The position numbers and the translations under genes were made by a program. This document shows positions 41,641-51,741 of a DNA stretch of 64,000 bases, in pieces (the stretch's first letter is position 1; every line of letters starts with the position of its first letter). This DNA comes from Candidatus Marinacidobacterales bacterium (GTDB lineage: Bacteria; Acidobacteriota; Vicinamibacteria; Marinacidobacterales; DATDRI01): assembly GCA_965226495.1 (NCBI GenBank), contig OZ245365.1, forward strand, positions 2,016,001 to 2,080,000, given 5' to 3'. The notes beneath the pieces were generated by a model. That model saw nothing but the letters and a program-made list of their open reading frames with translations, had not been told where the DNA came from and did not search any database.

Positions 41641-44127
41641 ATGAGTCGAGAGTACGAGTTTCAGGCAATCGAGTCGAAGTGGCAGAAGCGTTGGGCCGAT
41701 ACCCGCGTCTTCGAGGTCAGCGAGGATTCTAGCCGTCCAAAGTTCTACTGCCTGGCCATGTTGCCCTATCCGTCGGGAAGAATTCATATGGGGCATGTGC
41801 GCAATTACTCGATTGTCGACGTCGTCGCGCGATTCAAAAGAATGAGAGGGTTCAACGTCCTCCATCCGATTGGCTGGGATGCGCTAGGGCTTCCGGCGGA
41901 GAATGCTGCCCTGAAGCACGGTACCCACCCCGAGGAGTGGACACTTTCCAACATCGACCACATGAAAACGCAGCTCAAACGCATGGGCTTCTCCTATGCC
42001 TGGGAGAGGGAAATAGCAAGCTGCGATCCAGACTACTATCGTTGGAACCAGTGGTTCTTCATCCAGATGTGGAAGAAGGGGCTGGCGTATCGAAAACAGG
42101 CCACCGTGAACTGGTGTCCAAGCTGCCAAACGGTGCTGGCCAACGAGCAAGTCGAAGGCGGGGGCTGCTGGAGGTGTGGCACCGAAGTGATTCAGCGCGA
42201 TCTCGAGCAGTGGTTTCTCAAGATCACGAGCTACGCGGAAGAACTGCTGTCGGATATGGCGCTGCTGGACAAATGGCCAGAGCGCGTTCTGACGATGCAA
42301 CGCAATTGGATTGGACGCTCGGAAGGCGCGGAGGTCGACTTCGCGGTGGAAGGGGAAGACCCCATTCGCGTCTTCACCACACGCATCGACACCATTTGCG
42401 GCGCGACCTTTCTGCTCTTGGCGCCGGAGCATCCACGGGCAAAGGCCTATGCGGAGCGATCGCCGGAGCTTCAGTCTTTTGTCCGGCAGGCCGTCGCGCG
42501 GGCAAAGGAAACAACAGAGGCGGCCGACCTGGAAAAAAATGGCATGGCCACCGGCCGCTTCGCGGTCAACCCGTTTACGCAGGAGCAGGTCCCCATTTGG
42601 GTCGCCGATTACGTTCTCATGGGCTACGGAACGGGCGCCGTCATGGCGGTGCCCGCTCACGACGATAGAGATTTCGAATTTGCGCGCAAATACGACCTCC
42701 CCATTCCGGTTGTGGTTCAGCCGTCGGGAAGTACGTTGAGCTCGGACTCTCTCGATAAGGCCCACTCCGACTACGGAACCTTGGTGGATTCAGGAATTTT
42801 CAGTGGCCTTCCGTCCGAGGAAGCCATGCCCGCCATGGCGGCGTACGCGGAAGAGCAGGGTTTCGGCAAGAAGACCGTCACCTACCGGCTCAGAGACTGG
42901 GGGATTTCTCGCCAACGGTATTGGGGAACTCCCATTCCGATGATTCACTGCGGTGCATGCGGCGTGGTACCGGTTCCGGAAGCAGATCTGCCGGTGTTGC
43001 TACCGAAGACCATCGACATTACTGGGCAAGGAAAGTCGCCACTCGAGGGGATTCAAGAGTTCGTCAATGTCGATTGTCCAAAATGCGGAGGTCCTGCAAA
43101 ACGCGAAACCGATACGATGGACACGTTCGTGGACTCTTCGTGGTACTTCTACCGTTATACCGATCCACGCAACGATACCGCTCCGTTCAGCAGCGACAAG
43201 CCGGGCTATTGGTTTCCCATCGATCTCTACGTCGGTGGTATCGAGCACGCGATTCTACATCTCATCTATTCCCGCTTTTGGACAAAAGTAATGCGTGATC
43301 TCGACTTGGTAACCAACACCGAGCCGGTGTCCGAACTGCTGTCGCAAGGGATGGTGCTCAAGGACGGTTCGGTCATGTCCAAGTCGAAGGGAAACGTCGT
43401 CGAGCCGGACGAAGTCGTCAGCCGAGTTGGCGCCGATACGTTGAGGCTCTATGTGCTCTTCGAAGCTCCACCCGAGAAGGAGATGGACTGGACCGACCAA
43501 AGGTTGGAGGGGCCGGCACGATTTCTCCAGCGGGTTTGGCGACTCGTGACCGGCGAACTGGAGAACATCGAGTCCGCCGAGGCGATCGATGGTGAAGAAG
43601 CCTGGAACGAAGTCGAGACCGCTTTAAGGCGGAAGACACATCAAACCATCCTACGTGTGACCCGAGACGTTGAAGAGCGGTTCCATTTGAACACTGCGAT
43701 CTCGGCGATCATGGAGCTCACCAACGAGGTCTACAAATATCTCGGGTCGCGCCCCGCGGAAGGAGACCGCTCGGAGGCCAGGAAAGCTCTTCGTGAGGCC
43801 GCTGAGACGATCGTGCTTTTGATCAGCCCCTTCACCCCGCACGCCTCCGAAGAAATGTGGGAGTTGCTCGGGCACCGGGGCGGCCTGCGGAAAGTCGACT
43901 GGCCCTCTTATGACCCATCGATCGCGGTTCAAGAAACCGTTACCCTGGTTCTGCAGGTGAACGGTAAAGTGCGGAGCTGCATCGCCATTCCCGCGGATCT
44001 CGAAGAGGAAGAGCTGAGGCAACTGGCGCTCGACGACGAGAAGGTCCGTTCTCTTACCTTGGGACGTAAAGTGGAGCGTGTGGTCGTTGTCCCGAAGCGG
44101 CTGGTCAACGTTGTGGTGGGGGAGTGA
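41641..44127 (+). CDS. leuS: Leucine--tRNA ligase
   Basis: PYPSG.IHMGH, editing domain GTGAVMAVPAHD, GGIEHA, VMSKS. Confidence 0.98.
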   Translation: MSREYEFQAIESKWQKRWADTRVFEVSEDSSRPKFYCLAMLPYPSGRIHMGHVRNYSIVDVVARFKRMRGFNVLHPIGWDALGLPAENAALKHGTHPEEWTLSNIDHMKTQLKRMGFSYAWEREIASCDPDYYRWNQWFFIQMWKKGLAYRKQATVNWCPSCQTVLANEQVEGGGCWRCGTEVIQRDLEQWFLKITSYAEELLSDMALLDKWPERVLTMQRNWIGRSEGAEVDFAVEGEDPIRVFTTRIDTICGATFLLLAPEHPRAKAYAERSPELQSFVRQAVARAKETTEAADLEKNGMATGRFAVNPFTQEQVPIWVADYVLMGYGTGAVMAVPAHDDRDFEFARKYDLPIPVVVQPSGSTLSSDSLDKAHSDYGTLVDSGIFSGLPSEEAMPAMAAYAEEQGFGKKTVTYRLRDWGISRQRYWGTPIPMIHCGACGVVPVPEADLPVLLPKTIDITGQGKSPLEGIQEFVNVDCPKCGGPAKRETDTMDTFVDSSWYFYRYTDPRNDTAPFSSDKPGYWFPIDLYVGGIEHAILHLIYSRFWTKVMRDLDLVTNTEPVSELLSQGMVLKDGSVMSKSKGNVVEPDEVVSRVGADTLRLYVLFEAPPEKEMDWTDQRLEGPARFLQRVWRLVTGELENIESAEAIDGEEAWNEVETALRRKTHQTILRVTRDVEERFHLNTAISAIMELTNEVYKYLGSRPAEGDRSEARKALREAAETIVLLISPFTPHASEEMWELLGHRGGLRKVDWPSYDPSIAVQETVTLVLQVNGKVRSCIAIPADLEEEELRQLALDDEKVRSLTLGRKVERVVVVPKRLVNVVVGE

Positions 44128-44666
44128 TACGAACCGTGAGGATGAAGTTGGTCACGGTTGGACTGCTGTTTCTCTCCTCCGCCTGCGGCTATAGCTTGGC
44201 GGGGCGGGGCTCCTTTCTGCCCGAACACATTAAGACGATAGGTATCCCGACGTTCATCAACGCATCTACTCAACCCGGCGTCGCGGAGATATTTACCGAG
44301 AAAGTCATCGAGGAGTTCGCGTCGCGAGGGAAGTACGTTATCCAGCCCGAAGAGGCCGGGGCCGATGCGGTACTGGCTGGCACCGTCCTGTCCTTCACCG
44401 TGGCTCCACAGACGCTCCGTGGGGGCGTTAACGAGGTCACGGCCAACGAAGCCACGCGCTACTCGCTCGTCATCCAAGCCAAGGTCGAGTTCAAAGATCT
44501 TCTGGACGAGTCCATGATTTGGGAGGATGAGAATTTCCGCATGCGGGAGGCCTGGGAGATCGGTGAAGAGTCTGATGACTTTTTCGATCAGTCGGGGCTG
44601 GCGATCGAGCGCGTGGCGGAGGAGTTCGCGAAGACGCTGGTGAGCCGCATCCTCGAGGCCTTCTAG
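44124..44666 (+). CDS. lptE: LPS assembly lipoprotein LptE-like
   Basis: Lipobox SSACGY; conserved position leuS-lptE-holA. Confidence 0.85.
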   Translation: MIRTVRMKLVTVGLLFLSSACGYSLAGRGSFLPEHIKTIGIPTFINASTQPGVAEIFTEKVIEEFASRGKYVIQPEEAGADAVLAGTVLSFTVAPQTLRGGVNEVTANEATRYSLVIQAKVEFKDLLDESMIWEDENFRMREAWEIGEESDDFFDQSGLAIERVAEEFAKTLVSRILEAF

Positions 44667-44668
44667 GT

Positions 44669-45736
44669 TTGAAGCTCGCCTACTCGCAGCTAGACAAGCA
44701 TTTAGCCTCTGGGAAGTTGGCCGCGGCATACGTGTTGCGCGGGGATCAAGACCTGCTCCGCGAGTTGGCGCTCGGCGAAATCCGGAAGGCCGCTCTCGGC
44801 GACACTTCGGACGAGTTCGACTTCAATCTCGAGCGATTCGACGGCGAAAAGACGACCGCCGAGTCGTTGGTGATGGCGGCGAATACGCTCCCGCTTCTAG
44901 GACTCGCCGGAGGGGGCGGACAACACCGCGTTCTCATCGTCAAGAGGGCCAAGCGTCTCGTAGAGGGAGCGCAGGCGGAGGCACTAGTCGGCTATTTGAA
45001 GGATCCGTCACCGCAGACGGTTCTGGTGATGGAGCTCGAGAGCTCCCCCGATGGTCGACGAAAGGCGTGGAAGGAGATCGAAAAACAAGTCACGGTCGTG
45101 CAGTGTGACCCACCGAAGGAATGGGAAATAGAGGAATGGGTTGCCGGGCAGGCGCGAATTCGAAAACTCCCCTTGGACGCCGAAGCGGCTCGATACCTAG
45201 CCAGCGAGTTCGGCTCGGACCTGCGACGCCAGCTCGGTGAGCTCGAGAAGATATCGCTCTACGCAGGTGCTGAGAAACTGGACGGGCAAGAGCTCGCGTC
45301 TCTACTGGGGCGCGGAAAGGCACAGAGCATCTTTAAATTCACCGACGCCGTCGCGTCTCGCCAAGCCGCGGTGGCCCTCAAGCAGTTGGGGCGGTTGTTG
45401 GACGAGGGTGAGCCCGCTCTGCGGATTCTGGCGCTGCTCGATCGGGTGCTGGGCCAGCTACTAGTAGCTAAGGAGTTCGGAGCGGGGAGGGGAAGGAGCG
45501 GCCAACTGATGAAAGTCTTGAGGGTACCACCCAGGGCTGCGGATAACATCGCTCTCTGGTCGGACCGATACCAAGAGCAGGATCTGTTGGACGCTATCGA
45601 AGGTCTGGCACGTTGTGATCGCCAGCTGAAGAGCAGCGGAACGCCGGCGCGATTGATACTCGAGGGTTTCGTCCTCTCGGTCTGCGGGACGGGCAATCGA
45701 AGAGGGCTTCCTTCCGTTATTCCCTCTCGCCTGTAG
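44669..45736 (+). CDS. holA: DNA polymerase III delta subunit
   Basis: Y.L.G.., FN...FDG, ELEKISLY, IFKFTDAV, D..LKSSG; conserved context with rpsT. Confidence 0.9.
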   Translation: MKLAYSQLDKHLASGKLAAAYVLRGDQDLLRELALGEIRKAALGDTSDEFDFNLERFDGEKTTAESLVMAANTLPLLGLAGGGGQHRVLIVKRAKRLVEGAQAEALVGYLKDPSPQTVLVMELESSPDGRRKAWKEIEKQVTVVQCDPPKEWEIEEWVAGQARIRKLPLDAEAARYLASEFGSDLRRQLGELEKISLYAGAEKLDGQELASLLGRGKAQSIFKFTDAVASRQAAVALKQLGRLLDEGEPALRILALLDRVLGQLLVAKEFGAGRGRSGQLMKVLRVPPRAADNIALWSDRYQEQDLLDAIEGLARCDRQLKSSGTPARLILEGFVLSVCGTGNRRGLPSVIPSRL

Positions 45737-45812
45737 CGAAGACTGCAGGCGTCAAGGAATGTCGTGCCGCTATCGATGGAGTCAGACGCCGGGTGAGGGC
45801 CGACGGCGAAAC

Positions 45813-46079
45813 TCAGCTCCCGGATGTAGCGCCGAGCTTGGCGAGCCGTGACTTGTAGCGAGAACCGGTGTTGTCGTGGATGACACCCTTCTTGACCATC
45901 CGATCGATCAGGGACGTCGTACTTGGGAGAAGCTCACGGGCCTTATCCGTATCCTCGCTAGCGATTGCCTGGCGGAGCTGCTTGATATCGCTACGCAACC
46001 GAGAACGATCGGAACGATTGCGGAGCCGGTGTTTCTCGTTTTGACGGATGCGTTTCTCCGCCGAACGACTATGAGCCAA
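45813..46079 (-). CDS. rpsT: 30S ribosomal protein S20
   Basis: AH.RSAEKRIRQ...KGVIH.N...R.KSRL; AAGGAGG SD with TTG start. Confidence 0.96.
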   Translation of the reverse strand: MAHSRSAEKRIRQNEKHRLRNRSDRSRLRSDIKQLRQAIASEDTDKARELLPSTTSLIDRMVKKGVIHDNTGSRYKSRLAKLGATSGS

Positions 46080-46143
46080 TGACTACCTCCTTGGTTGGTT
46101 TCACTTCGGCGCCGGGGCCCTGGTGGCCTGGCACAACCAATAT

Positions 46144-46774
46144 ATGCTAGCACAAAAGAAGCAATTCCCGAAATGGGCCTGTCTTTTAGCCATCTTGGCA
46201 GCCATTTTCGCAGCAGCTTCGGTCCTCCCCGCGGGGCGAGCGGCCCCTGCGATCGGAGCCGCGGCGCCCAGGGTCATCGTCCTTGGGTTCGACGGGGCCG
46301 ATCCCGGCCTGGCGATCCGCTTCATGGAGGAAGGTCATCTGCCGAACCTCCAGAGACTCAGCCGGCAGGGGCAGTTTGCGCCCCTAGCCACCACCCGCCC
46401 CTCCGAGTCACCGGTCTCCTGGTCGTCCTTCGCGACCGGAATGAACCCCGGAAAAACAGGTATTTTCGACTTCCTCGCGCGGGTGCCGGCCCTATGTAGA
46501 CGATGCGTACGATATCGTTGTCGGGTTCAAGCCGGGGTATCGGGTGTCCTGGGAGACGACCTTGGGTGGTATTCCCCATGAGGTCATCACGAACAACCGC
46601 AACAACTGGAGCGGGGATCATTGTTCTTCCGACGCAAATATCACGGCGGGAGTTTTGTTTAGTAACCGCACGCTGAAACGAGAGAGTGCGCGCACTATCG
46701 ACATCGCGCCCACGGTTTTGGATCTCTTTGGCATTCTAGTGCCGGACGATATGGACGGCGAACCGTTGTTCTAG
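46144..46774 (+). pseudogene. Alkaline phosphatase-superfamily nucleotide pyrophosphatase/phosphodiesterase with a large internal deletion and frameshift
   Basis: N-terminal VIVLGFDGAD...PSESPVSWSSFATG.NPGK.GIFDF is joined near 46489, in another frame, to C-terminal PYVDDAYDIVVGF..GYR.SW...WSGDH...DIAPTVL.LFG...P.DMDG. Confidence 0.8.
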
Positions 46775-46782
46775 TTGTTGAA

Positions 46783-47421
46783 GTGACTAGTTACGCGCTC
46801 GTTTTTCGGAGGCTCGAGAAGGTCGGACTTCTTCTGCTTACGGATGTTGATTTGCCGAGCGTGGCCGGGCTGGTCGCCGGCGAGCCAGTTCGAGGCTCCT
46901 GGTGGGGACACGCGCGGGCGCAGGAGATCTTTAACGTGAGTGAGAAACTTGCCGAACATGTTGACGTAACCAGCGTCAAGTTCGTGAAGAACAAAGTGAC
47001 GTTCGTCCATCGTCGGCTCTGGCCCGCGCTCGTTGCGGTTGGTACTTCGCGCGCCTCTTGGCAGCTGGAACAGCTGTCTGGGGCTGCGCTCTCCTTTCTC
47101 GATCGGGTGGAGCGGGCTGGGCCGGTTCGGAGCGACGATGTAAAGGTTGCAGAGGCAGTTCGTGGTGGTTCGCGGAAGGTAAGTGAACTTATCCGCGATC
47201 TCGAGAAGCGACTCTTGTTACACAGCGAGCCGGTTCACACCGAGTCGGGCGCGCATGCCAAGTCTCTGGAGAGTTGGGGGCAGTGGGCTGCTAGGGTTAA
47301 CCTGGGCGGCACGACGACGAGCGCGAAGGAAGGCAAACGGGTATTGCAGAACGCGACTCGCGCGCTATGCGGCGGTTCCAGTGTGGCTCCAGGACTCCCA
47401 TGGATTTCGGAAGATGATTGA
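46783..47421 (+). CDS. Conserved hypothetical protein (possible winged-helix)
   Basis: LPSV...VAGEP..GSWWGH...KVT.VHRRLWPAL motif; coupled to the next gene. Confidence 0.65.
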   Translation: MTSYALVFRRLEKVGLLLLTDVDLPSVAGLVAGEPVRGSWWGHARAQEIFNVSEKLAEHVDVTSVKFVKNKVTFVHRRLWPALVAVGTSRASWQLEQLSGAALSFLDRVERAGPVRSDDVKVAEAVRGGSRKVSELIRDLEKRLLLHSEPVHTESGAHAKSLESWGQWAARVNLGGTTTSAKEGKRVLQNATRALCGGSSVAPGLPWISEDD

Positions 47422-48760
47422 AAGGTTAAGTCGCTTTTTCGGCGTTTCGGCGGCCGGTAGCTCGGTCCGAACCGAAATCCTAGCCGGTGTCAGCACCTAC
47501 ATGGCGCTGTCCTACATCGTCTTGGTCAATCCCGCCGTGCTCGCCGGTGCGGGAATGGACGCGGGGGCGGTGATGATGGCGACCTGCCTGGCCTCGGCAC
47601 TCGCAACGGCCTGGATGGCATTTCATGCCAACTATCCCATCGCCTTGGCACCGGGAATGGGGCACAACTTCTTCTTCGCCATCACGGTCTGCGGTCCCAT
47701 TGCGGCGGGCGGTCTCGGCTACAGTTGGCAGGTGGCTCTGGCCGCGGTGTTCGTATCAGGAAGCATCTTCCTCGTGGGCTCGTTCTGGGGGCTGCGGGCC
47801 CGCATCATCACCCTCGTGCCAGCGCACATGAAGACCAGCATTGCCGTTGGGATCGGGCTGCTCATTGCGGTCGTGGGTTTGCGATGGGGCGGCCTGTTGG
47901 TTGCTCGTCCGGGCATCTACATCGGTCTAGGGGAGCTCGGAGAGTCACCCGTCCTTTTGACTCTGTTCGGCCTGACGGTCATGTCGGTGTTGACCGCCGC
48001 CCGGGTTCCCGCCGCATTGGTCGTTGGGATTCTCGTGACCACGCTACTCGCGGCCTTGACCGGTTTGGCCAAGCTCCACGGAGTTGTGGCATGGCCGCCT
48101 TCGATCGCTCCGACTCTGTTCGCTCTCGATTTTAGGGGCCTCCTGCGCGAAGCAGATTTTGTTTCCGTCGTTTTCGTCTTTCTCTTCGTGGATATCTTCG
48201 ACACCGTCGGCACCTTGATCGGGGTGGGGCAAAGAGCCGGGCTCATCGTGAACGGTGAACTTCCTCGCGCCCGCCAGGCACTGACTGCAGACGCGGTGGG
48301 GACTGTCGCGGGATCGGTTTTGGGGACCTCGACGGTAACGAGCTATGTCGAGAGCGCGGCGGGAGTGGCCGCAGGAGGGAAGACGGGCTTCGCGGCACTG
48401 GTGACGGCGGTGCTCCTGGCGGGTTCGATTTTCTTCCATCCTCTCGTCGAGGTAGTCGGGGTGGGATTCGACGTTGGTGGGGGAGTCGTGCTCTACCCAA
48501 TTCTCGCGCCGGCGCTCATTCTGATCGGAGTCTTCATGATGCATGGGATCGGTGATATCGCTTGGAACGATCCCCGGCAGGCTATCCCCGCGTTTCTCAC
48601 CATAGTCATGATGCCTCTCACTACGAATATCACCGAGGGCATCTCGTTCGGGTTCATCTCTACTTCGGTGCTCTATTTGGCGAGTGGTAAGCGGAAGTCG
48701 CTACATTGGGGAGTGCATGTCATTGCCGCCTGCTTCCTGTTAAGGTATTTGCTGCTATGA
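47414..48760 (+). CDS. NCS2/AzgA-family purine (guanine/hypoxanthine/adenine) permease
   Basis: TEILAG..T...L.YI..VNP, P.ALAPGMG.N.FF, FDTVGTL, TSYVESAAG..AGG.TG, PAFLT...MPLT..I. Confidence 0.93.
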   Translation: MIERLSRFFGVSAAGSSVRTEILAGVSTYMALSYIVLVNPAVLAGAGMDAGAVMMATCLASALATAWMAFHANYPIALAPGMGHNFFFAITVCGPIAAGGLGYSWQVALAAVFVSGSIFLVGSFWGLRARIITLVPAHMKTSIAVGIGLLIAVVGLRWGGLLVARPGIYIGLGELGESPVLLTLFGLTVMSVLTAARVPAALVVGILVTTLLAALTGLAKLHGVVAWPPSIAPTLFALDFRGLLREADFVSVVFVFLFVDIFDTVGTLIGVGQRAGLIVNGELPRARQALTADAVGTVAGSVLGTSTVTSYVESAAGVAAGGKTGFAALVTAVLLAGSIFFHPLVEVVGVGFDVGGGVVLYPILAPALILIGVFMMHGIGDIAWNDPRQAIPAFLTIVMMPLTTNITEGISFGFISTSVLYLASGKRKSLHWGVHVIAACFLLRYLLL

Positions 48761-49800
48761 AGGCCAGGAAGAAACCGCGCTATTCAACCGGTCAGCCCGA
48801 GCTAGATGCAAAGCTCGAGGAGCTGGTGAGTTCCACGTGTCCCGGCCGCGAAAAGGAGTACGTCCTACAGATCGCCACCAGCGCCTTGAAGCTTGGCCTC
48901 GAGAAGGCCAAGCGCGGTGATCTCAAGATCGCGAATGCGGCGCTGAAGGAAATGCGCTCCGCATTCAAGATGTTCACGCCGTATCGACGGGTCCACAAGG
49001 TCACGGTGTTCGGCTCTGCCCGCACCGAGCCCGGTCAGCCGGACTACGAGCGCGCCGAAGAGCTCGGCCGTCGCATGGCGGAGGCGGGATGGATGGTCGT
49101 GACCGGCGCGGGCAGCGGCATCATGGGAGCGGCACACCGTGGAGCGGGGCGCGACATGAGTATCGGGGTCAACATCCGACTGCCCTTCGAACAGCAAGCC
49201 AACCGGACCATCCGTGGCGATCGAAAACTCCTCTCGTTCCGATACTTTTTCACCCGTAAACTCTTTCTGTTGAAGGAGTCCTCTGCGGTGGCATTATTTC
49301 CAGGGGGCTTCGGCACCCTCGACGAAACGTTCGAGGTTCTAACCCTATTGCAGACCGGCAAGCAAAGCCCCCTTCCGGTAGTCATGGTAGAAAGTCCGGA
49401 AACGGGTTACTTCCGCGCGCTAGAGCGTTTTATCGAGGAGCGAATGGTGTCGGGCGGACTCGTCTCCGAGGAGGACAGATCATTATTCAAGGTGGTGCCG
49501 AATCCGAAGGCGGCCTGCGAAGAGACTCTCCGCTTCTATCGTCTCTACCATTCGTCTCGCTACGTGGGAGGGAGACTGCTGATTCGGCTGCAGCGTGAGC
49601 TCAGCGGCAAGGAGCTCGACGATTTGAATCATTCCTTTGCTGACATTCTAAACTCGGGCGATATCGAAGTGGCTCCAATCTCGTCCGAAGAAGAGAAGGA
49701 CCCTCAGCTTGGGAAGCTCTCCCGTATTCAGCTCGACTTCAACCGCAGAAACTTCGGAAGGCTCCGCCAGCTCATCGATATGATTAACGGGTTTGATTAG
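48757..49800 (+). CDS. LOG family nucleotide monophosphate phosphoribohydrolase-like protein
   Basis: VFGSART, TGAGSGIM, YFFTRK, PGGFGTLDE. Confidence 0.9.
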   Translation: MKARKKPRYSTGQPELDAKLEELVSSTCPGREKEYVLQIATSALKLGLEKAKRGDLKIANAALKEMRSAFKMFTPYRRVHKVTVFGSARTEPGQPDYERAEELGRRMAEAGWMVVTGAGSGIMGAAHRGAGRDMSIGVNIRLPFEQQANRTIRGDRKLLSFRYFFTRKLFLLKESSAVALFPGGFGTLDETFEVLTLLQTGKQSPLPVVMVESPETGYFRALERFIEERMVSGGLVSEEDRSLFKVVPNPKAACEETLRFYRLYHSSRYVGGRLLIRLQRELSGKELDDLNHSFADILNSGDIEVAPISSEEEKDPQLGKLSRIQLDFNRRNFGRLRQLIDMINGFD

Positions 49801-49805
49801 ATGGT

Positions 49806-49880
49806 TGGCTTCCTTCCTTTAATCCCTCTCCCTCTGGGAGAGGGCCTGGGTGAGGGTGAACGCTGGCTTCCTTCCTTTAA
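49806..49880. repeat. 41-bp palindromic element flanked by 17-bp direct repeats
   Basis: tggcttccttcctttaa at 49806-49822 and 49864-49880 flank ccctctccc-tct-gggagaggg-cctgggtgaggg. Confidence 0.85.
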
Positions 49881-51712
49881 CGCGGAAACATCACCGTAAA
49901 ATCAGCATCCCGCTCCGCGACCTGTTCGGTGTTTTCGTCGGTGACGCGAGCGCGGAGAGAGTAGCTTCCCGGTGGAAGCGCCTTGAGCGACACGTCACTC
50001 TTCAGCGCAACGCCCGAGACCCTGGATGGCCGGTGATAGGAAGGGGCTACTTTCGAGAAGAGTCTCCCGTCCTTGAGAATGAAGAAGTCGACCCGCAGTC
50101 TCGCCTGATTGGTTATCGGGCCCACCGAGTAGCCGAGGGCTTGAACGTAGGCGGTCAGGCTCGAGGTCCGCTCGAAGCGGTGCAGGACGTTGGGTATCAA
50201 GCGCAAGTTCCCGAATTGGAAGGGAGGGCGCGGGGCTCCGGCGGGGAGTGGATCGGTTTCTACCGCAGCGCTTGCCAAAAGGAGGCTCGAGAGCGTGAGC
50301 CCCTCTCCGGTGAAGACCGGGACTTCTATCGTGGTCGAGGACCGACCCACTGCACCGCTGGGGTTGTCCCGAACCAGGGATTCTATCTGATAGGTACCGG
50401 GAGCCAGATTTAGGGATGCTTCGTAAAGCATCTGGCTGGATCGGTAGGCATCCAAGTCATTGGCTGGAAATTGGATTTCGATGCGGTCCTCGATCGGAGG
50501 TTGTTCGGTACCCGACTCGTCCCTCACCTGAACCAAGATGTCCGCTTCATAGCCATAGCCGGTCCCGTCCTCCGTCGGTCGAGGAGTCAGTCGCGCGTAA
50601 GGCATGGAGACCGTGATGGGCACCCAGGCCGAGCCTGTCTGCGAGGGGAAGAAAGCGGCGGTAGTGGTGAGCGGCACCGACGGAAAGTCGGCACGAGCCT
50701 CGGTGACCTCCCGGAGTGAAGGCAGGTTGAGCTCGGGCACTTTCGCCACTTCGAGGAGGTTCCGCTGGAAATCGAATTGATCCATGGACATCTGGTCGCC
50801 GAAGTATTGGTTCTGAGCGCCACTTATTGGATCCATGAGCGTACCGCCGTCGCGCATGAATCCGAGCGCGTCGAGCTCGCTCATGGCCCAAGCCTGGTTG
50901 GTGCGCAACGGCGCCAAAGCATCGATGTTGTCGGCGGAGACGATCTCGAATCGCCCCGTCGAGGTGAAATCGACGAAACCGATGTCGAAGGAGGCCGGCA
51001 GCCGAGGGTTCGGCGCGTTGTTGTAGGTCCATACCTCGGACGGCCGCTCAAAGGCGTTGCGCCCTGCCGGGGCCCTGTCGATCGTACTGGGCGCGCCGAG
51101 AATGATGTAGATCTTGCCGCGGTCGGTCGCCCAGCCGGGAATTCCAGCGCCGAAGTGTTGGACGGAGTGCGCGAACCGCCGCTGATGTTCCTGCCGGGGC
51201 TCGTTCTCGGGAGTCTCAGGTGTGGTATCGCGCCGGCGCCAGAAAGACTCCATAAACGCTAGCCTGTCGGAGGGTGTCTCCAAAGACTCGAAGCGCTCTC
51301 TCTCCTCTCGGGACACGATCCACTTGACGTACTGATTCACCCAACGATCGAAAAGCTTGTCCAGCTCTTCCACGTCCGGATAGGTGACGAAACTGAACGT
51401 ATCGCCAACCGCGAAGTCGTCGTTCCCGCTATTGATCCGGAAGGATACGCCGCTCTCGACCTCCTGGTAGAGGTTGCCCACGACCGTGGTGGGCGGAACC
51501 CCGTCTTCGCCGGAACGCTTCACGGAAAAGGAGATTGCGTCGGAGTCGGCGCTCACACACTGAACGGTATAGAATTCGAGCGGCACGTTCTCCGGAACGT
51601 CCACAATAGTGAGGGTTCCGTCTCCCAGGCCCTGCAATACGGGTCGGGTCGCGCGCTCAGTGACCTCGGGTCTGGCGGCCACCAATGCGAGTACGAGTAG
51701 CAAAGAGCTCAT
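49877..51712 (-). CDS. GWxTD domain-containing exported protein
   Basis: Signal peptide, FW.RRD..P.T..NE...EH.RR, GWATDRGKIYI..G.P. Confidence 0.9.
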   Translation of the reverse strand: MSSLLLVLALVAARPEVTERATRPVLQGLGDGTLTIVDVPENVPLEFYTVQCVSADSDAISFSVKRSGEDGVPPTTVVGNLYQEVESGVSFRINSGNDDFAVGDTFSFVTYPDVEELDKLFDRWVNQYVKWIVSREERERFESLETPSDRLAFMESFWRRRDTTPETPENEPRQEHQRRFAHSVQHFGAGIPGWATDRGKIYIILGAPSTIDRAPAGRNAFERPSEVWTYNNAPNPRLPASFDIGFVDFTSTGRFEIVSADNIDALAPLRTNQAWAMSELDALGFMRDGGTLMDPISGAQNQYFGDQMSMDQFDFQRNLLEVAKVPELNLPSLREVTEARADFPSVPLTTTAAFFPSQTGSAWVPITVSMPYARLTPRPTEDGTGYGYEADILVQVRDESGTEQPPIEDRIEIQFPANDLDAYRSSQMLYEASLNLAPGTYQIESLVRDNPSGAVGRSSTTIEVPVFTGEGLTLSSLLLASAAVETDPLPAGAPRPPFQFGNLRLIPNVLHRFERTSSLTAYVQALGYSVGPITNQARLRVDFFILKDGRLFSKVAPSYHRPSRVSGVALKSDVSLKALPPGSYSLRARVTDENTEQVAERDADFTVMFPR

Positions 51713-51741
51713 GACAGGGCCCATAACGAGGGAATTTTAGC

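Noticed and set aside
46119-46146. sigma54 promoter at TGGCAC upstream of the pseudogene
   Set aside because: The -12 position reads AT rather than GC at the required spacing
46480-46550. Programmed frameshift joining the two phosphodiesterase fragments
   Set aside because: No slippery sequence, and the joined product would still lack most of the catalytic domain
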